DNA of 61,838 nt, the filler included, from Dimorphilus gyrociliatus (Eukaryota > Animalia > Annelida), in the NCBI GenBank assembly GCA_904063045.1. It is 4 parts of 4 records of this genome, joined end to end, with 100 filler letters (N's around TTAATTAATTAA, not from the genome) between each part and the next. Parts side by side here need not be neighbours in the genome. Positions count along the whole stretch, not along the records: positions 35,005 to 53,154 come from CAJFCJ010000068.1; positions 53,255 to 61,838 come from CAJFCJ010000022.1; 2 more parts are not named here. One strand, 5' to 3'. Both the position numbers and the translations under genes were made by a program. This document shows, piece by piece, positions 44,595 to 56,399 of this stretch. Position 1 is the stretch's first letter. Each line of letters starts with the position of its first letter. The notes under the pieces are model-generated. The model was not told the origin of the DNA, did no database searches, and was given only the letters and a program-made list of their open reading frames with translations.

Positions 44595-46139
44595 CTTTCT
44601 ATCTTTCCGACGTAGGGGCAAGCTTGGATTCAAGTTTGAAAGCAATCTGACGATTTTGAAAAATTGGCCTTCACTGAGGCTCTGGACTTGTAAAGATTTC
44701 TCGAAAATCATTAATTTTCTAAGTTCTTTGTCAGGTTAATTACCTGTAAAAACGTTACATTCGCCTGGGTACTTAGAAAGATTTTGGAAAAAATATTTCC
44801 GAAAATATTCTAAGTCCAGCCTAACACAGTGTTAGGTTTTGGACTTAGAAAAATTTCGACTGAAAAAAGTCGATAAATTTTTCAAAAATATTCTAAGTCC
44901 AAACTGGAGGTGAAATCACCCCTTATCTTAGATTCAGTTATATTTCATGGTGAGGTAATGAATAGGGCTCTGGACTGCCCCATGCAAATAGGATTGGCCA
45001 TATATGTACAGAGAGGAAGGAACATAGAATTGAATCTAGGTCTTCTTCTGTTACATTTTATGAAAAGTGACTTACCTGATTGTTATACCTGCGATTTTTG
45101 AAAGGTTACCCTCTAATTACTATAGAACGTAGGGTCGAGATACTGGTAATAGAGTCTAAGGCTGCCAGTCAGCCATCCTCACCTACCACCGTTAACTTCA
45201 AAGCTCCATAGCTCCGCAACAGCTGGGCCGATTTCTTTCAAATTTTGCACAGTTGCTCAGTTCAATTAGATCTAGCACTGTGTAAAATTTCATAACAATC
45301 GGAGCAAGTTGAAATTTCAACTTTCGTCAGTGGTCGACTTGCTTTACTGACCACCAAGTAGGTGATTTGTAGTGAAAAAAGTGTGGGATTGAACCAGTAC
45401 CTACCCTAAGGTATAGTAAGCCTCTCAGAGATCAGTCTGGTGGCAATCTAACCAGCCACTTTTCCCCTCTCACTTGATAAAGGAGGAATACCTCCGAAAT
45501 ATTGTGAGTTTTAATCTGGTGACATTGTTTTAGTTGCTAAATACAGGTTCTCTTCACCTTGTGGAGAATTTGTAAGTGGTTTTGTTGGAGATACAGTTAC
45601 AGCTTAGGCTGGGAATTGCTACTCAAGATAGCAACTCCTCAATACTACACCAACCCTTAGCCAAAGCTTGGTTATAAGTGTGTGTGCACTTTTGGGATTA
45701 CCAGTCTGTACTGATTGTGCTAATCCTAACCCAAGACCTAACCCTAAACCCTAACCTAACCCCAAGACCTAACCCTAACCTAACCCTTTTATTTAAAAAG
45801 AAAAAGGTATATAAAAATGAAAACAAATAAATCTCTATAATCTAGAATTAAAAACATATGAAATGAAAAATAATGATAAAGTCTATATAATTGTTTCAAA
45901 AACTGCTTCAGAAGTTTCAAGAGACAAGTTTGTTCTTTTTATATTCTTTGAATATGAAGTCTATGAATTGGAATTTTGCAATCCTAAATGTACTTTCAAC
46001 TCTAGTAGTAGAAAGTTAGCAGTCAAAGAAAAAACACACCAAAATCAAAGTTTAAAACAATTTCATACATTAATTAAGTATATGTCATTTAAAAAATATT
46101 AATTATTATAATGAATTATATAAGAAAATGTATTATTTT

Positions 46140-46760
46140 TTAACGCACCATAACTCAAAAACTATAAGAGATAATTAAAATCTGTAAAAAGATTTGAAAT
46201 TGGCATATCAATATTAGTCTATGTACAAAATTTGAATACTCTGTGATTATTAGTAAGAAGTTTAGTTTTTGATGATGAATATTTCAATGTTAAAAACAGA
46301 GTTTATATATAACATTCATAGGAATGCATATCTTAGCAACTACTGGACCAATTTTAATCAAATTTGAAGTAAATTATTGTCAGAATAAATATTACCAATT
46401 AGAAATATATTCGTTCTATTATTCAATATATCCTATTTAAAAAATAATATTATATACTATAAATTATATATGGAAAATGCATTAAACTTTAACGCACCAC
46501 AACTCAAAATTATGAGAGATAGTTGAATTCTGTAAAGAGATTTGAAATTAGCATATCGATATTAGTCTATGTACAAAATTTGAAAGCTCTGTGATTATTA
46601 ATAATAAATTTAGGTTTTTTTGTGACGAATATTTTCTTCTTTATATTAGCCTGTAATAGTGTTACAGTACAACATTCAAAAGAATCCATATCTCAGCAAC
46701 TACTAGGCCGATTTTGATCAAATTTGAAGCAAAATTATTGTCAGAAGATGTTTTATAAAC
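46140..46760. repeat. About 350-bp tandem module (two copies; diverged third copy ~48770-49180)
   Basis: TTAACGCACC..AACTCAAAA and ATCTCAGCAACTACT.G.CC.ATTTT.ATCAAATTTG recur in each copy. Confidence 0.8.
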
Positions 46761-46989
46761 TTTATAAAAGAATAAATAAGAAAATATGTAAGACGGTTGT
46801 TTAAAATTGAAAACTAAAATTTATTAGAAAAAGGTAGAAAAAACTACAAAAGTTGAAATACACAAAGATATATATATATAGAAAAAAAGTACAAGAAAAA
46901 GAGAAAACTGAATATAAAAGTTAAAAACATATATACAAATAAAAATGAAATAGAAAATATTGTTTCTAAACCAATTTCTTTTCCAAAAA

Positions 46990-48182
46990 AACATATTTTA
47001 TAAATTTAAGAAACATTGTCTGCTCTTTTTTATATTTGTTTGGGTCAAAATCAATTAAATGAAAGCCACTCCAACCCAAATTATTTTCTATCCTACTTGG
47101 AAAATATTTTTTTAAAAAGTAGATATCCTTTGGCATATTAGGTTTTCACTTTAAAAAGTCAACAATTTCAAATTTGAGTTTCTTTGGATATTCTTTCAAA
47201 ATCACAATAATTTTTTTATCCTTTAAAGGCCACTCAACCAGCAAATGTGGAAAAGTATTGAATGATAACTTTTTGAATAATAATAATTGAACATTTTTAA
47301 TATTATTTTTTTGAAAAATTTTTTAAAATCTGGAACTTTAATGTCAGTAAAATAGTCTGATATAATTACAGTTTCTGTACAAAAATCCATTGTGGGGCAA
47401 ATGTTTTTAAAATTTTTCTTTGTTTCCTTTTTGGACCTAATTGCTAAATGATTGTTGTTTTCCAAATTAAAATACCTTTCATTAGCATCTTTAATTTTTT
47501 TACAATTTTCATTATCATTTTCATTTCAATTTGATATTGGTATTGGTGATGAAGTTGATGTGGGTGCAAAATGGCTTGTTTCATTCTGGTTTTGATTATC
47601 AATTATCAATGTTGAATTGAGTTGTTCATTTACTTCTGGTTCAACAAGTTGATCAAAATACATTTCTTTGATTTCAGCAATTACATCATTAAATATTTCA
47701 GCACCCTCCATACAATTGGGTTTACTCTTTAGTACTTGATAAATGACATATGGTAAGGAATTCTCCACTTGTCAACAACTTGCAGGAGTTTTAAGAAGAG
47801 GTTTTAAATAAAAAAATTGATTTAAGTCAATTTGTTCTTTGTAATAATTCTTGATCTCAGTATTGACATTCTCTTGAAATTCCTCAAAGTGAAGTTTGAT
47901 TCTGTTATATAGCTTTTTGTGTTCATAAATTTTTAAATTTCCAAGTAATGGATAACTCAAAATATGACTATTGAAAAGAGTCTCAAAAGATTTTCCAAAA
48001 TTATTGTTCATTGAATTAAAAACAATTAATAGAATATGCTTGATTTGTATCAAGAGACTATTATAAGTAAAACTTGTAAATGTTGGGTTAATTTTTTCTG
48101 GATGGGGATATCTTTGAAAAGTCATATTCAGTAGCTGAGAAAAGGAAAAAACACTCTCAACATATTGAACAAAAAGCAACAA
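46990..48182 (-). pseudogene. Decayed long ORF of unknown, possibly SGNH-like, product
   Basis: ORFs 47772-48182, 47526-47768 and 47223-47465 are one frame broken by two TGA codons; VIISDY, ILFHI and GFHL motifs. Confidence 0.45.
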
Positions 48183-50071
48183 AAATAAGCATTTTTAAAC
48201 AATAAATATATAATGAAATTTTGTAAATAGATTTGTTTTTGGCGTATGGAAATTAATCTATGTACAAACTTTCTAAATAAATTAGTTTTTTACCTGATGA
48301 ATGTTATTATATACCACCTATGTTGAGTAGATTGGCAAAAAATAAACCAAATTTCAAATCTCTATCTTAATTATTAACGGAATTAAAATTTTTGTGACGA
48401 AAATAAAATATAGGCTGATATTTGATATACTGTCCAAAAGTAACTTATCACTCTTGATAGAAATTATCAATAATTGAAAGGGAAATAATTGTTAAGAATT
48501 ATTAAAAAGCAATAGACAATAATCTATATATTTTTATAGATACAAACTTACAAAAATTAATTACAAACAATGAATTAAATGGGGTAAATTAACAAATTTA
48601 CTTACATTTTGTTGTGTTCTATAGCAGACAGAGTGACCAAATAACATTGAGTTCGTAATATTTAAACTACTTAACAGACACCTCTGTGGTACATTTTTTT
48701 TTAATATATTGCTAAACTTGAAAAAAAAAATTTTTGTTTTAAAAAAAAAGGGTTCATACTAAACTTTGATTCACTGTCGCTCGGAAATGGTGAGAGATAA
48801 TTGATTTCTGTAAACGGATTTGGAATCGGCATACCCAAATTACTATATATACTGAATTTCAAAGCTCTAACTTGAATATTAAGAAAAAAAGTTTTTTTCT
48901 GACGAATATTTTTGTTATATATAAGGTTATACAGTGTTTATATATAGCGTTCATAGAAAAAACTAGATCTCAGCAACTACTGGGCCGATTTTGATCAAAT
49001 TTGAACCAAAATCATTGTCAGAAAAAGTTATTGGCTGTTGGCAATACATTCGTTATATCAAAAACATATTTCCAACTGAAAAAATAATATTATTGGTAAT
49101 GAATTGTATAAAGAAAATGTAATAAAGTCTATCACAATAACTGTGAAAGATAATTGATTTCTGTAAAAAAATTTATGATTGGCATAATAATATCAGGTTT
49201 AAGTACAATTAAAAAGATATAATTAATTATTTCCTGTTGAAAAAATATTTGTAAATATTATTGAAAATTCTGTAAGTGTTTGGAGAAAACTATGTAGTAC
49301 ATGGTATAAGTTTAAGTATAAACTGGTAGGTAAGAAGAAATTTACATATACAGTTTCCTCTCTTTCTCCCTCTCTCTCTCTCTCTCTCCCTCTCTTTCTT
49401 TCTTAAGAAATTTCTAATCTAATTTCTTATTGTAAATCCAATAAGATCACGTGACAAAAATGTAAAATAAATAGTCAATTGCCTGATTATTTCTCTTCTT
49501 TTTATAAGACTTTTTTAATTAACTACAAAGTAGTAATTAAGTAAGTTAGGAGGAGAAGAGTATACTGCAAAGCAACATATGGCGCGCCACTGCAAATATT
49601 GATTGAATATAACCTATTATCATACCCCTGACCTTTCAAGGAAAACAAAAGATTATAGATTTACAATACTTGACATAAAAAAAAATATTCAGTTACATTT
49701 AGAAGAAGATTCTCTATTTTAAAATTTTCAATGTCAAGGACACACTTTCTAAGAGATTTTACAAACAAATAATAAGTAATATATTATCTTTCATTCCAGC
49801 TATACATTAAAAAATAGATGATAGATGTCTCTAGTGTGTATGAGAAATTCTCTCCTCACAAGCGTTACAGTGGATAATCTTCATTGGGAGAATTGATTGT
49901 TCTTGCTTTAAAGTTTAGGTATTTGATAATGTTTAGAGTTTGGAGGATTTCTATTCATTTCAAATTCCATATTGGTATAGGTTGGTAAAACTTCATAGAC
50001 GTTTGGATCTTCAATTTCCAAATCTGTGTAGAGATTATTAAACACAACATTTTCTGAATGTTTAGATGAAT

Positions 50072-51448
50072 TTAAATCAAAATTTTACTACTGGCTCCAT
50101 CTACATTACAAAATTTATCCGAATTGGTATTGAGGCATTGTTGATTGAAATACATTTGATTTTGTATTTGTTCTCCTCCTCTTGACTTTTTTCGTTCTCG
50201 ATAAAGATAAATAATGAGGCTGATAGCAAAGGACAGAAAAGCTAGAACCAATATAGAAGCCAACAGTGGAATATACCAGGGATATGGTTATGGTTGGGGT
50301 TAGGGTTAGGGTTAGGTAGGTTACTTTTTGATTTAGCTTAGTTAATGTTGTTGAATTTTGATTAGGGTTTGGCCTAGTTGAAGCTAGGTTAAAGACAGCG
50401 TTTGGCATGGTTGAAGCTAATTTACTGATAGGTTTAGGCCTAGTTGAAGCTATTTTATGGATAGGGTTAGGCCTAGTTGAAGCTAATTTACTGATAGGTT
50501 TAGGCCTAGTTGAAGCTATTTATGGATAGGGTTAGGCCTAGTTGAAGCTATGTTATGGATAGGCCTAGTTGAAGCTAGGTTAAAGATAGTGTTTGGCATG
50601 GTTGAAGCTAATTTACTGATAGGTTTAGGCCTAGTTGAAGCTATGTTAAAGATAGGTTTAAGCCTAGTTGAAGTTATTTTATGAATAGGGATAGGCCTAG
50701 TTGACTTTGCCTTAGTCGATGCTGAAATATTTGAAAGAGAGCAATCTTCGCCATAATAATTTGTTCGGCATTTTGCCCAAAATTCTAAATTAAAGACACT
50801 TCTTGAATTCTGAAAATATTTTCCCCTTAGCCAAGATTTTTTCCTTTCCCCATTTGGCCTAGTTCGTAAATGAAATTGGAAAGTATCAATGAAATCAGGT
50901 TGGCTGTAGATATCGTGATCGCGAACGTCTATATCAACAATTAATCCACCCTGAAATTGTTAATAGGATGATAGAAGAGAGGAATAATTAAATGAAAACT
51001 GGTAAACAAGCCTGATATTCCCTGTCAATTTCTATATGATAAGGTTGAAGACCAGGAAAGTGTGTAATTGTATAATAATTATTTTTTTCAAATGTAACCA
51101 TGCGACCAAGAGAGCATGTTTTGCTGTTAGGGTTAGGGTTAGGGTTAGAACCTTTATTCTATGTTTTTTACTTACTTTTCATATAGTTTGGAGAGCAAAC
51201 ATAAAAGATAGGATCGCATATTTTTTTTACTATCAGGAAGAAATGGTCCAGTATCGCAAATACCTCCACTATAATCTCTTCCATTTCCTCTCCATTTCAA
51301 TAGATTTACATAAAAATCACCTACAATTTCACCATCAACTCTCCATTGCTGATCAACATGAATTTATATTTAACTATGTATATTATATTTATATATTTAC
51401 ATGAATAATCGAAATTATTACAAAGTAGAAGGTACAACAAATTTTCAT
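50072..51448 (-). CDS. Type I membrane protein: Delta/Serrate-like N-terminal C2 (MNNL-like) domain, 11-aa repeat stalk, TM helix; several homopolymer frameshifts
   Basis: Signal MKICCTFYFVIISIIH, G.DYSGGICD..CDPIFYVC..C.LG, VDIDVRDHD..DFIDTF, C..NYYGEDC, STRPKPISKLA-type repeats, WYIPLLASILVLAFLSFAISLIIYLY-RERKK; ~52-60 nt introns. Confidence 0.65.
50370..50705. repeat. 33-bp coding minisatellite (GGCCTAGTTGAAGCT core)
   Basis: About ten units visible directly. Confidence 0.9.
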
Positions 51449-51809
51449 CCCTCCAGAGAAATAATCAATACTCAAGATAAAGATGAGAGAGAGAGAGAGA
51501 GAGAGAGACAGACTAACAGATAGAGAGAAATTGACTATTTATTTTTACATTTTTGTCACGTGATCTTATTGGATTTATGATAAGAAATTAGATTAGAAAT
51601 TTCCAACATTATAATTTATTTATTAACCATTGAAAAAGTGCATTAATTACAAACAATTACAAACTAGATAATATATTTGCAGATACTCAATTAATTCATT
51701 TATCTCTGTAATTTATATTTTTTCAGTAATCGCTAAATTTTATAAGGTTATTAACCATGAGTAATTCTATGGAAGGCCATAGAAAGAGTACCTGAGAAAG
51801 ACTGACCCT

Positions 51810-52314
51810 TGTAACATCCTGTTATGAAAGACAATAGAGAACCACACCTTAATATTGTTAAGTCTATTGCTCTAGAAGACGAACAATTGACTTAATGCAA
51901 TTAGCAAGCAACTTAATGCAATTACCAATGATATAAATGGTATTTGCCCCACCCATTGCAAACCAATGATTGGCCACTTCCAACTCATGAAAACAGATAT
52001 AAACAGCTAGATCCTCAGTCTCAGAGAGGAACCAACCACCTGACTTCCCCTCCATTTCAACTCTACCTACAACCTTCTTGGGACAAGACAACCCTTCTCA
52101 GGACCAGTACCCCTCTGGATCAACATTGGTTCTGCAAATTGGCCTAAGGTGCTCTTGAGACCCTCCTGTATTATCTTAACTTCATTCTGCTAGCTGCTTA
52201 AGTATTTTAGTTTGAATAAATTGTTAAAATTTAAACATTGTTGTTTAAAGGTTCGACTAGAACCAGTATTGCTTAATTCCCTTGTTTATGTATCAACCAA
52301 GCAAAAGTAGTACA
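51810..52314 (+). mobile_element. 5' LTR, family B (related to A); 5' boundary uncertain
   Basis: Shares TGTAACATCCTGTTA, GTTTAAAGGTTCGA.TAGAACCAGTATTG and the GTACA end with LTR A; followed by PBS and gag. Confidence 0.8.
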
Positions 52315-52318
52315 AACT

Positions 52319-52336
52319 TGGCGCAGTCAACAGGAT
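52319..52336 (+). promoter_or_regulatory. Primer-binding site TGGCGCAGTCAACAGGAT, tRNA-Ser-like
   Basis: 18 nt starting with TGG, 4 nt after the LTR end; resembles the tRNA-Ser PBS TGGCGCAGTCGGTAGGAT of the Drosophila 17.6/297 group. Confidence 0.75.
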
Positions 52337-52372
52337 GCAATTTCAATTCAATTATTCTACTAAACTAAAGAT

Positions 52373-53146
52373 ATGGCAACTGGAGGAAATGGTGATAGAG
52401 ATGATGTTAGTTCAGAGAGTACAAACAGCCCACAAACTCCAAGAATCACAATCCAGGAAGGAAGAGCCACTGACTATCAACAGAAATTACTCAATGATTA
52501 CCATTTATTGGTAGAGGATATGAAGAGAAACAATATTACCTTGCCCATGGCTTATGATACTGGACAAGATCCTCCTAGGAATAATCCAAATCCAGACATC
52601 AAGACCCTTATTCAAACACTTCGAGCAGCTTGGGATCATCCTCAACAGACCATACTCAGGGCTTATGATGGATCAAGGGAATGCTCTAAATTTAAAGAAG
52701 AATTTAATCAAGCATGTCAAGCATATGGATGGATAGAACCAGACATAATTAAAGCAAATCTTATGGACTATTTAACTGGACCTGCAAGAGATTTGGTATT
52801 GGCTCTGGATGGAAATCCTACTATTGGAAGAATTTGGGAAGCTCTTCATAATGAGTTTGACCCTGATCCCAGAGAATATCAGGAAAGATTAAATAACCTC
52901 AAGCAAATGAATGGAGAAAGTATAGTACAGTTTGTCAATTGAGCTAAACAACTAATCAAAAATCTCTCTCCTCCCAGACCATTAAACCCAGCTTTTGAAA
53001 GTACCTTGAAGGAACTAAAATTAATGGAAATTATACAGAAAGGATTACAAGCAGATATTTTACATTTGGTAAATACCCTGCACCCTAGATTGCATTCACT
53101 AGCACAACTATATGAAGCTGCTAGGAATGCAGAAATCACACCTTGA
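52373..53146 (+). pseudogene. Ty3/gypsy gag (capsid), with in-frame TGA at 52940 and 53144, running to the gap
   Basis: YDGS....F..EF...C..YGW, L..YLTGPA..L, IWEAL..EF, LKQ..GESI..F; the frame continues through the stops. Confidence 0.8.
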
Positions 53147-53154
53147 AACTTAAC

Positions 53155-53254
53155 NNNNNNNNNNNNNNNNNNNNNNNNNNNNNNNNNNNNNNNNNNNNTT
53201 AATTAATTAANNNNNNNNNNNNNNNNNNNNNNNNNNNNNNNNNNNNNNNNNNNN
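53155..53254. other. Artificial contig spacer
   Basis: 44 N + TTAATTAATTAA + 44 N. Confidence 0.97.
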
Positions 53255-53560
53255 CTATATTTGTAATTAGAACACGCGATGGGGGAAAAAAACTACGTCG
53301 GAATATCTGTTTATCTAGCAAATAGACACTTTTGACCTGATTAAGATGATTGGCTAGAAGGAGTGTACAGATTAATTACAATATTCAGCCAATATAAATG
53401 TTCAAAGATTACAAAAAATGTCATTAATCAACATTTTCAAAGCTATAAAATGTATGATAATTTTCAAAAAAGAGGCAGAAAGTTTACAGCCGCCCTTTAA
53501 GAATGAAGAGCCATATTCTCTTGATTATAGGTAATTAATTACAACTTTTATCATCGATAT

Positions 53561-55032
53561 ATGTTGAAATTCATCATTATTTATCTTCTCTTTTTAAAGC
53601 GTTATGTATACTGGAAAGTAGTAAGAATGTAATTTGTGGTAAAATTCCTGATGGAACTGACTCTGTTCATGGAGAATGGAGTCAATGGACCAACTGGAAT
53701 AAATGCTCTGCTCCTTGCGGTAACGGCGTTGAAGGAAGGGTACGAAATTGCAGCAGTCCACCTCAAGCGAATGGGGGAAAGGATTGCGTGGGAAAGTCTC
53801 TGGAAGAAAGACCCTGCAATAATGGACCTTGCGCAGAGCCAGCCTTTATGGTTTCGCTAAAAAGTACAATGAACGTTTATCCAGGAGTAATGAATTGGAC
53901 ATCGGTTGATTTGAATGTAAACGAAATGTTCGACCCCAAAACAAATCGAGTTTCCATTAAGAAACCAGGATTGTATTTCTTCTCTATGATAACAACCAGT
54001 CCTGCAAAAAAGTCAATTGACGTAATGCTAGAAAATACAGGTAAAAACGTTGGACTATATCGGCGAGGTGATTTGAGATCGGAAGGAGCGGAAACGTTAT
54101 CGAGATCTGGACTTTTCGTTCTGAGCCAACTATATAAGCCGGTAATGAAACAAATGACTTCATCGATGCTGTACAGTTCGGAGAATGGAAGAGAAACGTC
54201 TTGGCTTGGTTTCCACTATGTATCGGATGAATATCTATTTTGCGGAAGTCACAGAAATCTACAGTACGGAACAGTCCAATGGCCCTTTGTTTCAGCAATG
54301 AAAGGATTTCAAGAAAATAGTGTATTGTCACAATTTAAAGCGTCAAAAAGTGGCTTATATTTCTTGAATGCGGGAATGAGACTGGGCTATACCACCGCAA
54401 ACACTCAATACAAGGCGGGTATATCAATCAATGTGGATAGAAATTACAACGTTTTTCAAACACCACTCGAGTTGAAAGGAGCAATTACATCACGTGGTTT
54501 AAGCGATACGTTTTCCAGAAGTGTTCTCACTCGATTGACAGCTGGCGATGTATTGAGAGCAGAAGCGCATAGACCTTTTAGTACTATCAGTCCAATCCTA
54601 TCAGGACGACGAATAGAAAGTTATATGGCTGCATTTAGATTGAATGAAAATCTACCATACTTTCAAGCAGTATCAACGGACAGCACATGTAGAGAGTTTA
54701 GGCGTATCAATTTGAAATCGGCTATCTACGATTCACAGAGATCATGGAATTCGAAATTACACGAGTACAACATCAAAAAGCAGGGAATCTATTACATTGA
54801 ATTTACACTATCGAAATATCGTACTTCTAAGGTAGATGTAAGAATGTTCTTGAACAAACAAATGGTTGCAGTTTCAGCCAAACAAAGTATGATTGACGAA
54901 AACAAACATTTCACAAGATCTACTCTATTGAATTTGAAAGTGAATGATAAAATTCATTGGGAAAATTATGGCTGCGTTGACAGCGATGCTTCCGTTACAA
55001 TCATCTGTACAAGTGCAGTATCTCAAAATTAG
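53561..55032 (+). CDS. Secreted TSP1 + three tandem C1q-like domains, intronless; one homopolymer frameshift in the signal peptide
   Basis: MLKFIIIYLLF leader; VHGEWSQWTNWNKCSAPCGNG..R.RNC..P...GG..C.G; three AF/F...GLY.F gC1q-like modules. Confidence 0.8.
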
Positions 55033-55989
55033 TCCATACTTGACATTTTCCTCTTTGTTGATTTCCAATACAAAAACAATGATGATGACAATAGAAGATT
55101 AAGTGTTTCTATATAGATTTTGTGACTACTAATAATAGAATAGCTATATTGAAGAGTTGACAAAGTGCAATAGTCACATTTCAATATTGAAATTATAGTT
55201 TTTATTGAAAGGAAGAGAGAGAGAGAGAGAGAATAATTATGAAATCACTGAAAGCTAAATAGCTTATGCCATTTCTGCCTTCTTCTTTCTTCCTCTCTCT
55301 ACTTTCAACTTATCAAAAAAAATATGTATCTATCTTTTTGAGTAGATATAAAGTTGAAATTATCAACAATTATCTTTCTAAAACTACTCCACAAGTCAGT
55401 GACCTACCTTGTTGGTCATGTGACGAACAGCAAGTTAACCTTAAGCTCTTTTTTAGCTAGCATTCGTAGGCGTTCTCTCACAGTTCTTATCAGTGATTCG
55501 ACCTTTTTGAAAAATGGTATAGTAATGTTGGGACTGAGTCTCAGTGTCTTCCAAATAACCACCAATGAAGGGCAAAAACTGTTGCTAGGAAACGGGAGGT
55601 TACGCAATTAAAAGAGAAAAAGTTGGGAGCAAAGGGTGGTGAGTGAAAAGTACATAATGCTATGAATGATAAGATCAACTAATCAGCTGAAGTAACAGCA
55701 AAGTCCTATCTGCTAGAGTAACAGAATTAGATCTTGAAGATGAAAATATGAGTAGGTGTCTTGAGAAGTTACTTCAAAAGTGTCATCAAATTGATAGTAT
55801 CTGCTTAAAGGATAGTTCTAATATGGGAGAGATGGTTTAATAGAAATTCTTAAAGGACTTGAAAAATTATATCAAACTTTACAAGTTCTAGATTTGGAGA
55901 ATTGTTCACTGAGCGATAATATCAATAATCACTTAATAAATTATTAGATAAATGCTGAAAAATGGAGAAAATATTTCTAGGTGGAAATC

Positions 55990-56396
55990 AAAATATCCAA
56001 CTTGTTCAAGTATTCAAATTGCTTGAAAAATCTAAAGAATATTTAAAAACACTTGGATTTGACAATTGTAAAATGAATAAATGTACACAATGCTCACTTT
56101 CCATGAAAAAAATACAACATCCTAGAACTGTTTCCTGTCTGGATTTCAAAATGGCTACCAAAAATGGTGGTATTTTAGGAATGTATTGAATACACCACAA
56201 AATATAAATCTTAACTTCCATATAACAATAATATTTCTAAGACATATTTAAATTCCATATCCAATAACAAATATTCACAAATTGAAATTTTAATAACCTT
56301 TTTTCAACATCTTATGTACATAATCAACATTTTCTCCATTGGGTATTTTCTACAGAGCATGTTTTCTCCAAATAGTGGACGTTTTCTCTGTAATTC
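55990..56396 (-). mobile_element. Reverse-complement copy of the MULE-3 left end
   Basis: AGTGGACGTTTTCTC units and the CTAGAACTGTTTCCTGTCTGGATTTCAAAATGGCTACC block shared with 17100-17240. Confidence 0.75.
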
Positions 56397-56399
56397 AAA

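Larger units (their letters stand above)
41950..44720. repeat. Dispersed repeat (interrupted by LTR A and LTR D); reverse-complement homologue at ~60720-61838
   Basis: Colinear similarity, including CCATCCCCATGGTGGCA, a duplicated GACAGTTGG..GTGAACAAA motif and GAGCTTTTCA..GATATGCTACAC. Confidence 0.8.

Noticed and set aside
55266-55990. Short ORFs and a CWSC word downstream of the C1q gene
   Set aside because: Multiple stops in all frames and no recognisable domain
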